Source: Octopus bimaculoides (taxonomy: Eukaryota). Taken from it: a DNA stretch of 64,000 nucleotides. The stretch is taken from assembly GCF_001194135.2 (NCBI RefSeq), contig NC_068988.1, positions 9,721,662-9,785,661 on the forward strand. The letters run 5' to 3'. The position numbers and the translations under genes are program-made. The notes under the pieces were generated by a model that made no database searches, was not told where the DNA came from, and worked only from the letters and a program-made list of their open reading frames with translations. This document shows positions 8,766 to 20,966 of this stretch, in pieces (the first letter of the stretch is position 1; every line of letters begins with the position of its first letter).

Positions 8766-11680
8766 ATAAATAAACCCTCTTATAGACATCATGTTCTTGG
8801 TCTAGAAATTTTACTCCAACTTTTTTACTAAAGAAATTATAAGAGAAAAACAAAAAAATAACCAGTGCTAATTTCTATGTAATCCAATGAAGTTCTTTAG
8901 TCTGTAGTCTTGTTCTATGATATAAGAAAACCGATTTTTTTTTTATTGCACTGGTAAAAGATAGAATAGTGAACTACAGTCAAACTTGCGACAAAGGAAG
9001 AAGGACAAGCAAAGTGAACTGCTACCAGGATTGATCTTAGAACATAAATAGGAATTAATATGGTAAGATCATATCTCTCTTGCCATTTCAGCCACTTTAT
9101 TGCCTACGGAGGTTGAAGAAATCAAAAATAAGCCAGTGAAAGTTTGATAGAATTAAGAACATGAATTATCAAATATCGAATGTTTGGACGGTGAAATTAT
9201 TATGAGTATGATTTTAGCTTTAGGCAAAATTCTTCAGCTCTATCAGCATTGCCTACATGTAATTGCATGAAATATTTGAAGATGCTGTTCCTGTTAATTA
9301 CCAAAAGTTTGGGGACTGTTATTGTAGTATTTAATGTTAGCTCCAGGCTAGATTCTATCGATACTCACTAAATAATTCCATAAACTATTTCAAGATACCA
9401 TTCTTATTACTTAGATCATGGGGTACATCTATCTTCTCCACCAATCATATCTACTAATATAGTATGCAGTTCTAAACTCTGAAATAGTTTTATACTTTCT
9501 CGAAATTCAATTCCAGTTTTGTAATGTATTTTTACAAAAATTCCATTGAATTCACCAAACTTTTCATCAGACTTCACTCAGTGATAGAAATGGAAATAAA
9601 ATTCTTTTAATTCACTTCTAGGCTTCTATCAGTTTCCATCTACCAGATCCCCTCACAAGGCTTCGGTTGCTCTGGAGTTATAGTAGAAGACACTTGCCCA
9701 AGGTTCCACCTTGCCTGCATCTATGTATGAAATGATAAAGAGGGGGCATGTTTTTTCTTCATTTACCATATTTCACAGTGCTTAGTGCTCACTTTGTTGT
9801 GATAAAAGATTGGTGTTCTAATTTGCTCTTTAAATTATACGTCAGTGTATATAAGATTGCCTGACTACAAGTAATTAAATCTAAAACTAAATATTTATCT
9901 CCAAGGTTTTCATTGATCATGGTTAACCAAATATCTACACATCAAAACTTACTCTCCAAGTTGCAGACCTCAGAAAGATTTTATCGGAATGTTGTCTTCC
10001 ACCCATCTAGGTCATGTGATTTGAACTCAGAATGCAAAGAACTATAACAAAATACTGTAAGACATCTCATACAGCTAGTCTCTGCTAATCCACTGCTCTA
10101 GATAGATACCAGTTTGTTAATCCTGAAAAGATGGAAGGCAAAGTTGACTTCACTTGAGTTTGAACTCACAACACTGAAAATCAGAACAAAAACTGCATGG
10201 CATTCTGGCACTCTAATGCCTCTGCCAATTTGCTGTCTTTGACACTCTAAAATGGCTGTGGTGTTCTTTCTGATGCTTATAACAAGTCTCTGATGATTCC
10301 GCATTTATCTATCTTTGCAGTATGGTGCCCCCCCCCCCCGCCAGGCAAATCAATGCACTGTTCTCTATAATATTTATTGACAGTAAGCCACAGCATATAT
10401 AGATCAGAAGTGGGTCCCTAGACTCATGAGGCCTCCAGGCAATTATTCAGTATGTCCATGCCAACCCATATATGCCCATAAAAAAATGAAGTCTTAAATT
10501 TTCACTGTATATAGATTAAACGTTATGGAAAGCTTTCACAATCTGGAAGAGAAGGACAGTATACAACTATTAGCTACGAGTGTCGACTATTTACTGGACA
10601 TTTCATATGCTTAGTCAGATACTTCCTGGTGAGTTCACGACCAAACAAGTAGGAGCAGGTTTTGCATTATGAAAGTGCAACCAGAGGTATATATAGGTTT
10701 TAAGACGGGCCCCTGGATTGGAGGAGGGTTAGTAAGATAAGAGAAACAGATTTACACTTGTGATAGGGTGGTAGTAGAGAGAGTAACAGAGTGGGTACTA
10801 CTTGCAGGGAGAGGATAGATAGCAGGGAATTGGGGTGGGAAAGAGACAGGACTAGTATCAAGGGTGTTCAAGAAAACTGTGTGGAAAGGGGTGGGGTAGA
10901 GTTAAAAGGTGATAGGGTGCATTGTGTAGGGGAAGGATCAAGAGCTATCCAAGATTATAAGAGGTAAGTATGGACGGAGAGTGTGAAGGAAAAGAGGACA
11001 GGAAGGGAACGATAGACTAGGGTGGAAAAGAATCCTGAGAGAGTCATTAAAGGAAAGAGAAGTGTGGTGGTGAGTGGGGGAGGTTGGCCAAAGGGAGAGA
11101 AAAGAGGTGTTGTAGAGTAAATTAACTTGCTTAAGAAAGCAAAAGAATTCACATAAAACTTAAAAGTTCATCACCTTTTTAATCTACTCAGTAAATTGGT
11201 GTAGAATTAATGATAATCAATGACTCCTTAGTCCATCATTGGCACTTTAAAGTAGTAAAGTGTGTGGTTGTGTGTGTGTGTGTTTGTGTGTGTGTGTATG
11301 GAGATTACTTCAGCTCTGAATAATAAATAGAAGCAGCAGTTGTCAGATCTGTGTGCATGCTTTACTTATTCACGTTTGAGTGATGTGTTAACACCTGATC
11401 TGGTCCACCATCCTTGCCGCCACCACCACCAAACAGCTATTTCCCCCTACCATTGTTGTTGTTGTTGTTGTTGTTGTTAATGGTGGAGGTAATAGTAATG
11501 ATGTTTGCGATGATGATGATGGCTGGTTGTTGGAGGCTTAACTTCCCGCTGCTTGTTTCCTCTTCATTGCAAGCCATTCATCTCCTTCCTAAATACGTTC
11601 GCAGAGACATTTAATTGCTTAGAACTCACTGCAAGGCAGGATTAATGTAAATCTATCCAGATTAGTTTGTGTAGGTGTGC

Positions 11681-11731
<51 letters not shown>

Positions 11732-12253
11732 TATGTGAGGGAGACAGTATGAATGGTGATATTTAATGTGGGCGTGTACTTCTATAGATGTGTGTGTTTC
11801 TCCACCATGTAGTTTTTTTTCCCTTTGAAAATCCACTCACCGAAATCTTGTCTGCTTGCTCTGTATTACCTCCATACTGCTTATTCAATGTTTAACATCA
11901 GATTACGAAATATATTTATTTATGTGGTGGTGGTTGTTGTTGTTGTTGTTGTTGTTGTTTAGAAATTAATTATGGAAATTCAGTATGTGTTGTTTTTGCA
12001 CGTGTGTTGGACGGCTTTACAGCTCTGACTGTATAACCAACCACATACAAAGATTATCTTTCAATCTGCAGATAAGTTTATGTACTTAGTGTCCAGGAAA
12101 AAAGGAGAGTTGTAATGAAATCTGCAGCCTAACCAATTATCAAAGCTTATAATGTGCAGAAGGAGACCCTGTGAGTCCTTTGATAGCAGGCTGCTGCCCG
12201 CTCTCACAGAATCAAGCAGAGCAAACAAGACCAAGCGCTGTGAGAATTAAAAC

Positions 12254-12283
<30 letters not shown>

Positions 12284-12285
<2 letters not shown>

Positions 12286-12618
12286 TTTCTCTTATTGGCC
12301 ACAAGGGCTCACATACAAAACATTAAAAGACATGCATCAACATAAAAGACAAAAAACAGGACGATACAATGGATTTTCATGTGTAGACAATGTAATAACA
12401 ATAAAAATTGAACAAATCAAAACTCCCAATAGGGGAGGCACTTTACGGTCCTTGTGGACAAACCCACAAAAGCCAGGTACACACTCAGAGTTGGTCCTTT
12501 CACATTGGCCATTCTTCCCACCTTTCAACAAACTTGCTACAAGGCAACACTTCACACTCCATCCTCAACTTCCTTTTCAAGTGAAACTTGAAAAAGTTGA
12601 AGGCTTAACCAAAAGGGA
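12284..12618 (-). mobile_element. Tx1/L1-like LINE 3' fragment (copy A)
   Basis: FFKFHLKRKLRMECEVLP...FVERW remnant; 3' end GCCCTTGTGGCCAATAAGAGAAAT followed by (ATT)n. Confidence 0.6.
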
Positions 12619-12630
12619 AAATAATAATAA

Positions 12631-13268
12631 TTTCTCTTATTGACCACAGGGGCCCAAAACCTGGAGGACAATACCAATGGACGGGATACAACACATGAAA
12701 GAACATGTGGGGGTTTACATCAACCAAAAAAACGGCACTAAAATATTAAAGGATATAACAAAGGATATCTAAATAGAAGTTAGAGAAATAAATAATTGAT
12801 AAATAAATAGAATCCCAAGTGCAGGGCAGTCCACTTTGAGTAATTTGGGGTAAACCCCACACAAAAGACCCGGATTAGTTTGCTATCCCCAAGGCATGGG
12901 AAGTGTCATTTTCCAGTTTCTTTCCTCCAACTTATAAAAGCATACTCAGAGTAGATCCCTTCAGCCTCTCCAGTCTTGCCACTCATGTCCTCCTTTTGAT
13001 AACCATGCTAGAGGGCAGCACTTGTCTCTTTCCCCTCACCTTCCTCTTTGAATGATGTTTGAGGAAATCGACAAGAGCTTGACCAGATAGGAAAGTGCTT
13101 TTCTTCATACCTTTCGGACGGGTCCACAACACCACCTCTTCTGCCACTAAGCAGAGAAAGATCTGCTTTCCATCTTTGCTAACGGAAGGTTCTATGTTGA
13201 TCTTCAGTATACACTCAGCTGACAGCCGGATCCATCTTACCTGAGTCAGCAGCTGCTCAGTTCAAGCT
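12631..13268 (-). mobile_element. Tx1/L1-like LINE 3' fragment (copy B)
   Basis: EQLLTQVRWIRLSAE...IFLCLVAEEVVLWTR.KG...FLSGQALVDFLKHHSKRKVR remnant; 3' end GGCCCCTGTGGTCAATAAGAGAAAT followed by (ATT)n. Confidence 0.65.
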
Positions 13269-13484
13269 TAATAATAATAATAATTGCACAGAAAACAGCA
13301 AAGATTATACTGATCCTAGTACATGACTGGTTAATCTATTTTATTGACGCCCAAAAGGTTAAAAGGCAAAGTTGACCTTGGCAGAATTTGAAATCAGAAC
13401 ATAAAAATGGACAAAATGCCACTAATAATTCCGTCTGGTGTGCTAACGATTCTGCAAGCTCACCACCTTAATCATCATTATCAT

Positions 13485-13805
13485 CATCATCCAGTGTTTT
13501 AAATCCAGGTTTTGTCCCTGTTAACGGGGGTTGTTGGATCTACCTCAATACCATAGCAACCAAGGTAAGCAGGTGCAGCCCACCCCAACCTTCAGGCTGG
13601 CTGGCTGGTGCCCATTCTCCTTAACTATCATTAGGCTTTTTTGGCGCTGGATTTTCTACAGGAAGCATGTCCTTGCTTACCCCCAACCTCAGTTTCTAGA
13701 CATGAATGGTCCTGAGACCAAGGCCTCTACCAAAACATGTGGAAAACTAGCTCAGGAAGATCAGGGATGCTACTCCCTGAGATCTCTTTCAGAGCCCCAC
13801 TACCT
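13485..13805 (-). mobile_element. Non-autonomous RTE-related element with a (GAT)n tail
   Basis: GTAAGCAAGGACATGCTTCCTGTAGAAAA resembles the family-3 core; tail AAAACACTGGATGATGATG. Confidence 0.4.
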
Positions 13806-14039
13806 AATGATGATAATAATAATAATCCTTTTTACTATTGGCACGAGATCTGAAATTTGTGGGGAGGGGACTAGTCAATTACATCGACCCCAGTGCCTAA
13901 CTGATACTTAGTTTATTGACCCCGAAAGAATGAAATACAAAGTCAATCTCGGCAGAATTTGAACTCAGAATGTTGCGACAGGCGAAATACTGCTTAGCAT
14001 TTCGTCCGGTGTGCTAACGATTCTGCCAGCTCGCCACCC

Positions 14040-14079
<40 letters not shown>

Positions 14080-14084
<5 letters not shown>

Positions 14085-14433
14085 GAGCGCAAACCTTTGC
14101 CAAGACAACACCAACATCCTCTCAATGATTAAGCAGAGATGATTTTTAAAATGAGAATATCTGAAATAAACTTGACTGCTCTCACAAACGAGAATACTAA
14201 AAATGAACCTGACTGCTCTCAAAAATTAAGTAAAAAAACAGAGGAAAAATAATCCAGAATCCTTGTCTGGTAACGGATTGATCCCAGAATCTAATCAGTT
14301 TGTGCCAGTCACGAGGCCAAACATCCCTGAAAGTTTCATCTGAATCCATCCAGCGGTTCTTGAGATATCTTGTCCATGGACAAACAAACAAAAACAACTG
14401 AGTACAATACCTCCACCTTCGCTGAGGTGGAGG

Positions 14434-14437
<4 letters not shown>
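14080..14437 (+). mobile_element. Helentron/HINE (DINE-1-like) non-autonomous element
   Basis: Starts AACAAGAGC; internal ~36-bp tandem pair; AAGTTTCAT..AATCC.TCCAGC.GTTCTTGAGATAT motif; (ACAA)n; perfect 10-bp 3' hairpin ACCTCCACCT/AGGTGGAGGT (14409-14434); sits in (AAT)n. Confidence 0.6.
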
Positions 14438-14469
<32 letters not shown>

Positions 14470-15012
14470 TGATTTTAGCACAAGGCCAGTAATTTCTGGG
14501 AAAGGGATAAACTGATTACATTGACCCCAGTAATCAACTGGTATGTATTTTATAATCATAATGATAATAACAACAATAATTACAACTATAATAAATAAAT
14601 AAAAATGCTTATGTATAAGATAGGAAATTGTGATTTTATGCTGATACCATCATGTTTTTTTTTTAAAAAAAAGCTTGATAAGATAATATTATCATTATAT
14701 CCGTAAAAACAAATACTAAATACTATTAGAAAATGTAGATTTTGAAAATATATTGGATAGTTCACAGATAAAAGGTTTATAATCTGTCTAAAGATTAGAA
14801 TTTGTTAAAGTAGCACAACTAAGAAGGTTGTTCTGCCATTACACTTCAAAGTCAAACCATTTTTCTTTACTTTCTTTTGGCTTTTTGTTGTTTTCTTTTT
14901 ATTTTGCATTTTTCTTTGTGTTCGGTTATTCCTTAACATATTTCAATAATTGAATTGTGGCCATACTGGGACATCACTTTGAAGGGTTTACTCAGTTATA
15001 TTGACCCGTGTA

Positions 15013-15055
<43 letters not shown>

Positions 15056-15185
15056 ACTTCTTTCAGTTTCCGTCTACCAATCCATTCAGAAGGCTTTGGT
15101 AGAAACTTGCTCAAGGTGGCACACAGTAGAATTGAACCCAGAACCATGTCGTTTGTAAGCCAGCTACTTACCACACAGCCACTCC

Positions 15186-15217
<32 letters not shown>

Positions 15218-16247
15218 GGGCTTCTTTCAGTTTCTGTCTACCAAATCCATTCAGAAGGCTTTGCCCAAAGTGCTAGTGTCACACAGAAGAAATGAACCTA
15301 AGACCATATTTTTGAGAAGTGAACTTCTCAACTACACAGCCATGGTCAGCAAGTTTTGTATGTGTCTGAAGTAATTTGCTGTAATTTAATTTAGTTCTCA
15401 TGCAAAAATTAATTTAACTTGAAGTGAAATAAACAATGTTTAAATGTTTAATTGTGGAGATTCATTCTGGATATGTCTTTAAAATAAAATATATTTAGAA
15501 CAAGTGTAATGAACAGAACAGATTTGTTGCTTTGTAAGATATAGGTTGTATTTCTCCTGATAATTGCTGCAGTTTTTGTGTAGATATCATCATCATCGTT
15601 TAACGTCTGCTTTCCATGCTAGCATGGGTTGGACAATTTGACTGATGACTGGTGAACCAGATGGCTGCACCATGCTCCAATCTGATCTGGCAGAGTTTCT
15701 ACAACTGGATACCCTTCCTAACACCAACCACTCCAAGATTGTAGTGGGTGCTTTTACGTGCCACCGGCACGAAGGCCTGTCAGGTGGTACTGGCAACAGC
15801 CATGCTCAAAATGGTGTATTTTACATGTCACCTGCACAGGAACCAGTCCAGCGGCACTGGCAACGATCTCGCTCGAATGTCTTTACACGTGCCACCGGCA
15901 CAAGTGCCAGGAAGGCAATGCTGAGTACAGGTGCCATCATGATTTCACTTTCGCTTGCCGCATCAGGTCTTCGCAAGCCGAGTTTCATGTCCAATGAAGG
16001 AGACGACGTTGGCATGGGTGCCAGTCGTCGAATTAAGTTCGAATTAAATGTGTGTGTATGTGTGTTCTTGTCCCGACATCACATGATAGTTGTGAAAAGG
16101 CAACACCATCGTACTGTCAATGTTGTTCATTTCATGTGAAGAACATGCCTGTATTTGGGGAAATGTTATGCTTTGAGACAGGTAGGGTTGGTGACAGAAA
16201 AGGCATCCAGCTGTAGAATGTCTGCCTCAGTGAAACCTGTCTATGAC

Positions 16248-16566
16248 AGTGTGTGGCTGAGTGTTTAGGATATTTGGCTCTTGATCCTAAGGCTGTGAGT
16301 TCAATTCCCTGCAACACCTTGTGTTCTTGAGCAAGACACTTTATTCCACATTGCTCTAGTTCACTCAGCTGGCAAAAATGAGTTGTGCCTGTAATTCAAA
16401 GGGCCAGCTTTGTTACATTCTGTGTTACACTGAATCTCCCTGAGAACTCTGTTAAGGGTACGTGTGTCTGTGGAGTGCTCAGCCACTTGCCCGTTAATTC
16501 CAAGAGCAGGCTGTTCCGTTGATTGGATCAACTGGAACCCTCGTTGTCATAACTGACAAAGTGCCA
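16248..16566 (+). mobile_element. tRNA-derived SINE, family 4 variant with a CORE-like middle
   Basis: A-box and B-box-like head, CTTGAGCAAGACACTTTA block, 3' half shared with 23871-24250. Confidence 0.7.
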
Positions 16567-16974
16567 ACTTTTTTAATTCTTACCTATGCAAACCTGGAAA
16601 AGTGGATGTTAAAATGATAACGAAAATGTCCTGATGAGATAACTCTATAATTCTGTTTGGTAATTTAATTTGAGAAAACAGAAATAGAGTCCATTACTAT
16701 TTTGTATAATCTTCAATAATTTTTTTCGTTTTTTTAAAAATTTTTCTGAGAAAATTTGCAAGATTAATGTGTTAAGGAAATGCTAAGAAAGTATTGAAAT
16801 TTCTTACCTGCTTATATGGATGCAAAGAAAGAGTGAGAGAGAGAGAGAGAGACAGTCAGACAGAGAGACTGACAGAAAGGTTAAGAAAGAAAGAAGAAAA
16901 GAGAGATAACTTGGTTGTGGGTTTTTATTAACAAATTAGCATCTGACAAATACACATTAAACATCATTTATTTT

Positions 16975-17250
16975 ATAAATCTTTATCTTGTTTCATTCCT
17001 TAGACTGCAGCCATGCTGGGGCACCACCTTGAAGAATCTTAGTTGAACACTGATTGTCAAGAGGGACACTAACACACACACACACACACACACACACATA
17101 ATGGGCTACTTTCAGTTTCCGTCTACCAAATCCACTCACAAGGCTTTGATTAGCCTGAGGCTATAGTAGAAGACACTTGCCCAAGGTGCCACAAAGTGGG
17201 ACTGAACCCGGAACCATGTGGTTGGTAAGTAAGCTACTTACCACACTGCC
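16975..17250 (-). mobile_element. SINE family 1 (tRNA head, CORE-like block, internal microsatellite, GTAAAAGA-type tail)
   Basis: GTGGCTGTGTGGTAAG...GGTTCAGTCCC...CCTTGGGCAAGTG. Other copies: 14950-15185, 18782-18950, 22570-22850, 31410-31570, 32715-33125, 43620-43800, 44085-44245, 54470-54712, 60255-60520. Confidence 0.85.
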
Positions 17251-17916
17251 ACTGTTTCAAATTTTGGCACAAGGTCTGCAGTTTTTCAGTGGGAGGGAGT
17301 TAAGTCAATTAGATCACGCCCAGTATTCAACAGGTACTTGGCTTATCAACCCTGGAAGGGTTGAGAGACAGAGTTGACCTTGGCCGAATTTGAACTCACA
17401 ACGCAAAGACAGGCAAAATGCCATCAAGCATTTTTTCCCAGCATGCTAAAAATTCTGCCAGCTCAACGCCTTCAACCATTAGATAATTATAAAACAAAAA
17501 TTTAATTAATTATGGCTGGTGATTAAAGATTTTGATCAATTTTTAAATTACCTCAAGATGAGATATTTTATATTCATAGTAAAACAACAACAACAGCAGC
17601 AGCAGCAGCAGCAACACTAAGATAGATAACATAATTTGCTGGAAATTTCGGTTACTAAAACATATGGCACATGTCTGAGAGCTTCAACTTGTCTTTGTTT
17701 TTTGTTTGTTTGTTTGTTTTTTGGGTTTTTTTTTTTGCTTTTTGCTTTACATGTTTCTAACTTCATGATTATTGTTTAAGAGGATTAATGATTTAACTGA
17801 TTAAGATAAGCGGGTTTTATTTTGTATGATGCATTCAAGTTCAGACTATATCTGGTTTATACTGGAGAATTATTCAAACCTTTATATAATGAAATTTCCA
17901 GTCAACCTTCTGCTAT

Positions 17917-17958
<42 letters not shown>

Positions 17959-18572
17959 CAAGGACAATTCCCTTCTAATGCTGATTGTTGTCATCAGCCA
18001 TTTAACATTTATTTCTCCATACTGTCTTAGATCGGACATATCTCTTCAGCAGCTTATCTCCTGTCATTTTTATTCTCTTTAATCTCTTCAGTGAGACATC
18101 AGCTTTTCAGGATATGACATAATCATTTGGTCACAAATCTTCATTCATTCTACCTATGTCCATTGCCCTCCACTGCCTCCTGCTACAACCATTCAATGTC
18201 ATCATCATCATCATCATCATCATCAATGTCCATCTTGCTATGCTTGCATGGATTGGATGGAATTTGTTGAGGTAGATTTTCTTCAGCTGCATGCTTTTCC
18301 TGTCACCAACCCTCACCTGTTTCCAAGCAAAGTAATATTTCCCCATGGCCAGACATGTTTTTATGGAAGATTGAAAACAAAGCACTCTGCATGCATGATA
18401 GGGACACTTATTTATAACTATCATATGATGTTAAGACAAAGTGAATGTGTATACAAGCATATATACTCTCTCTCTCTCTCTCTCTCTCATTCATCACATA
18501 CACACACACATTTCGTGATATGGTAAGAAGTGGTGCAATTCCAGAGTTTGGTTTGACTTCATTATTACAATT

Positions 18573-18603
<31 letters not shown>

Positions 18604-20371
18604 GGTGTTGGTGGCATGCATAAAAAGCACCCAGTGCGCTTTGTAAAGTGGTTGGTGTTAGGAAGAGCATTCAGCTGTAAAAATCATGCCAAATGCAGAC
18701 AGTGGATCTTGGTGCTGCCCTCTCGCTTGCCAGTGTGGAAGATGGATATTAAATCATGATGATGATGGTATTTATAATCATAGGCGTAGGTGTGGCTGTG
18801 TAGTAAGTAGCTTGCTTACCAACCACATGGTTCCAGGTTCAGTCCCACTGCGTGGCACCTTGGGCAAGTGTCTTCTAGTATAGCCTTGGGCCAACCAAAG
18901 CCTTGTGAGTGGATATGGTAGACAGAAACTGAAAGAAGCCCATCATATATGTATATATATATATATCATCATCATTGTTTAACGTCCGCTTTCCATGCTA
19001 GCATGGGTTGAACGATTTGACTGAGGACTGGTGAAACCGGATGGCTACACCAGGCTCCAATCTGATTTGGCAGAGTTTCTTCAGCTGGATGCCCTTCTAT
19101 ATATATATATNNNNNNNNNNNNNNNNNNNNNNNNNNNNNNNNNNNNNNNNNNNNNNNNNNNNNNNNNNNNNNNNNNNNNNNNNNNNNNNNNNNNNNNNNN
19201 NNNNNNNNNNNNNNNNNNNNNNNNNNNNNNNNNNNNNNNNNNNNNNNNNNNNNNNNNNNNNNNNNNNNNNNNNNNNNNNNNNNNNNNNNNNNNNNNNNNN
19301 NNNNNNNNNNNNNNNNNNNNNNNNNGAAGTAGATATTAAAATGATGAGGAGGAGGAGGAAGGGGATTTTGGGAATGATTTCTACAGCTGGATGAGTCTCC
19401 TCTCATCAGCCAGTTTTATAAACTGTACTTGATGCTCCTCATCTTGGCACTGGCATTAAAATGGTACACAAACTCATCGATTCCAGTATCATAAAACAAA
19501 ATGGAAATTAAAAACATTTAATATAGATTCATATTCTGTTTATTATTAATGTTTCTTGATTTATTTTAAATCTTATTTTCTTCACCCCCCCCCCTTTGTT
19601 TTCCCATTCCAAGAAATTCAGACTTAGCAAGAGCAGTTCCTTTAAATTCTGGACATTTTTCTCTTTTTTTTCTCTCTACAACTATTTGGTCTTTTTTGTT
19701 TGGTTGTTTTGTTCTGTTTTTCATGTGACTCATTCTCATCTCAGATTTTCTTTTGCTATTCGAACCTCTGCCTGGATTTACTTTGCTAAGTAAATAAATA
19801 AATAAATAAATAAGAAGTTGGTCCTAAGCTTATTGATTTCATCTTCGTCTAATGTTCAAATTTAAAGTGTTTAAAGATAAACTTTGGCTGCTTTCAACAA
19901 CGAATTATAATAAATTTTATCATCATCATCATCATCACCACCATCATTATTATTGTTGTTGTCATTGTTGTTTTCTTACTGATGTTGCTGTTTATAAATG
20001 TCATGAACTTTTACATACAGTCTCCATCTTGAAATTTCCAAGATAAAAAAAAAATATATATATATATAAAGGAAAGATTGATTTCAAAATTATTTAGTCA
20101 AAAATCAATTATCTATTAAATATCAATTGAAATAAAGTTATGAAACAACTGTAACAAAAAAGAAATTTAGGAACTGCTTTAGATGAAAATCCTTAAGTTA
20201 TGAACTATATTGGAAATAATCAGTAACTATTATTTCATTCTGTTTACGAAGCATTAATAGACCCAGGAGGTTTAGCTGTAAAAGATTAAAGGTTAATATA
20301 TTATGTTGGGAAAAAAATAGGTTTTATTAAAAAAAAAAGTTTATTTTTTGATGTGTAAACACTACAGTCAA

Positions 20372-20594
20372 CCCTTTTTATGCTAATTCGTCTAAAGTTG
20401 CTCTTGATTCTATGATACAAACTTCTTGTTTTATGGTGATCTAAATTAGAACCTTCCATTAGAAATTCCATGTTAATTTGTTCCAAACACCAGCTTGATA
20501 ATATCAAGGGTATTTCACTAAATTCTTCATTATTCTAAAAATCTGTTGAAGCAAAAGTAATATATTTATTTGCAGAAATATGGTAACAAAAGGG
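20372..20594 (+). mobile_element. piggyBac-like MITE family A
   Basis: TCAA-CCCTTT...AAAAGGG-TTAA; homologous to 39689-39908. Confidence 0.65.
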
Positions 20595-20630
20595 TTAAAA
20601 TGATCTAAATTTAAATCTCAATACTATGTC

Positions 20631-20966
20631 AGATATCGATCTTCTGGCCGCCTCTTTAATCTTCGCCGATTTGCTGCCAATTCAAAGGTTCTCCAGTCTA
20701 TTATTCGTGACCTCCTTTATGCAGATGACTGTGACTTAGTCACTCATACAGTGGATGACATGCAAATACTCATGAATTGCATTTCTGCTTCTTGCAAGGC
20801 ATTTGGACTCAGCATTAGCCTGGACAAGACTGTTGTAATGTTCCAGCCTGCACCAGGAAATCCACATGTGAAACCAGCTATCTTGGTTGAAGGAACTATT
20901 CTGAAGGTAGTCGACAAGTTTGTCTACCTGGGCAGCACACTCAGCCGTTCTTGCTCCCTGGATGAG
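20631..20966 (+). mobile_element. RTE (BovB-like) LINE reverse-transcriptase fragment running into a gap
   Basis: Uninterrupted RYRSSGRLFNLRRF...LLYADDCDL...FGLSISLDKT..M.QP...VVDKFVYLGSTLS. Confidence 0.85.

Noticed and set aside
7861-9150. Plus-strand acceptor-like sites followed by short open frames (7861, 8171, 9091)
   Set aside because: No consistent exon chain or recognisable product
11841-11877. Minus-strand ATG...TCG|GTGAGT mini-exon (MEVIQSKQTRF)
   Set aside because: A single donor with no downstream exon that keeps the frame open
16802-16850. Minus-strand polypyrimidine-CAG|GTAAGA resembling a recursive splice site
   Set aside because: No supported minus-strand transcript; the pyrimidine tract is a (CT)n microsatellite
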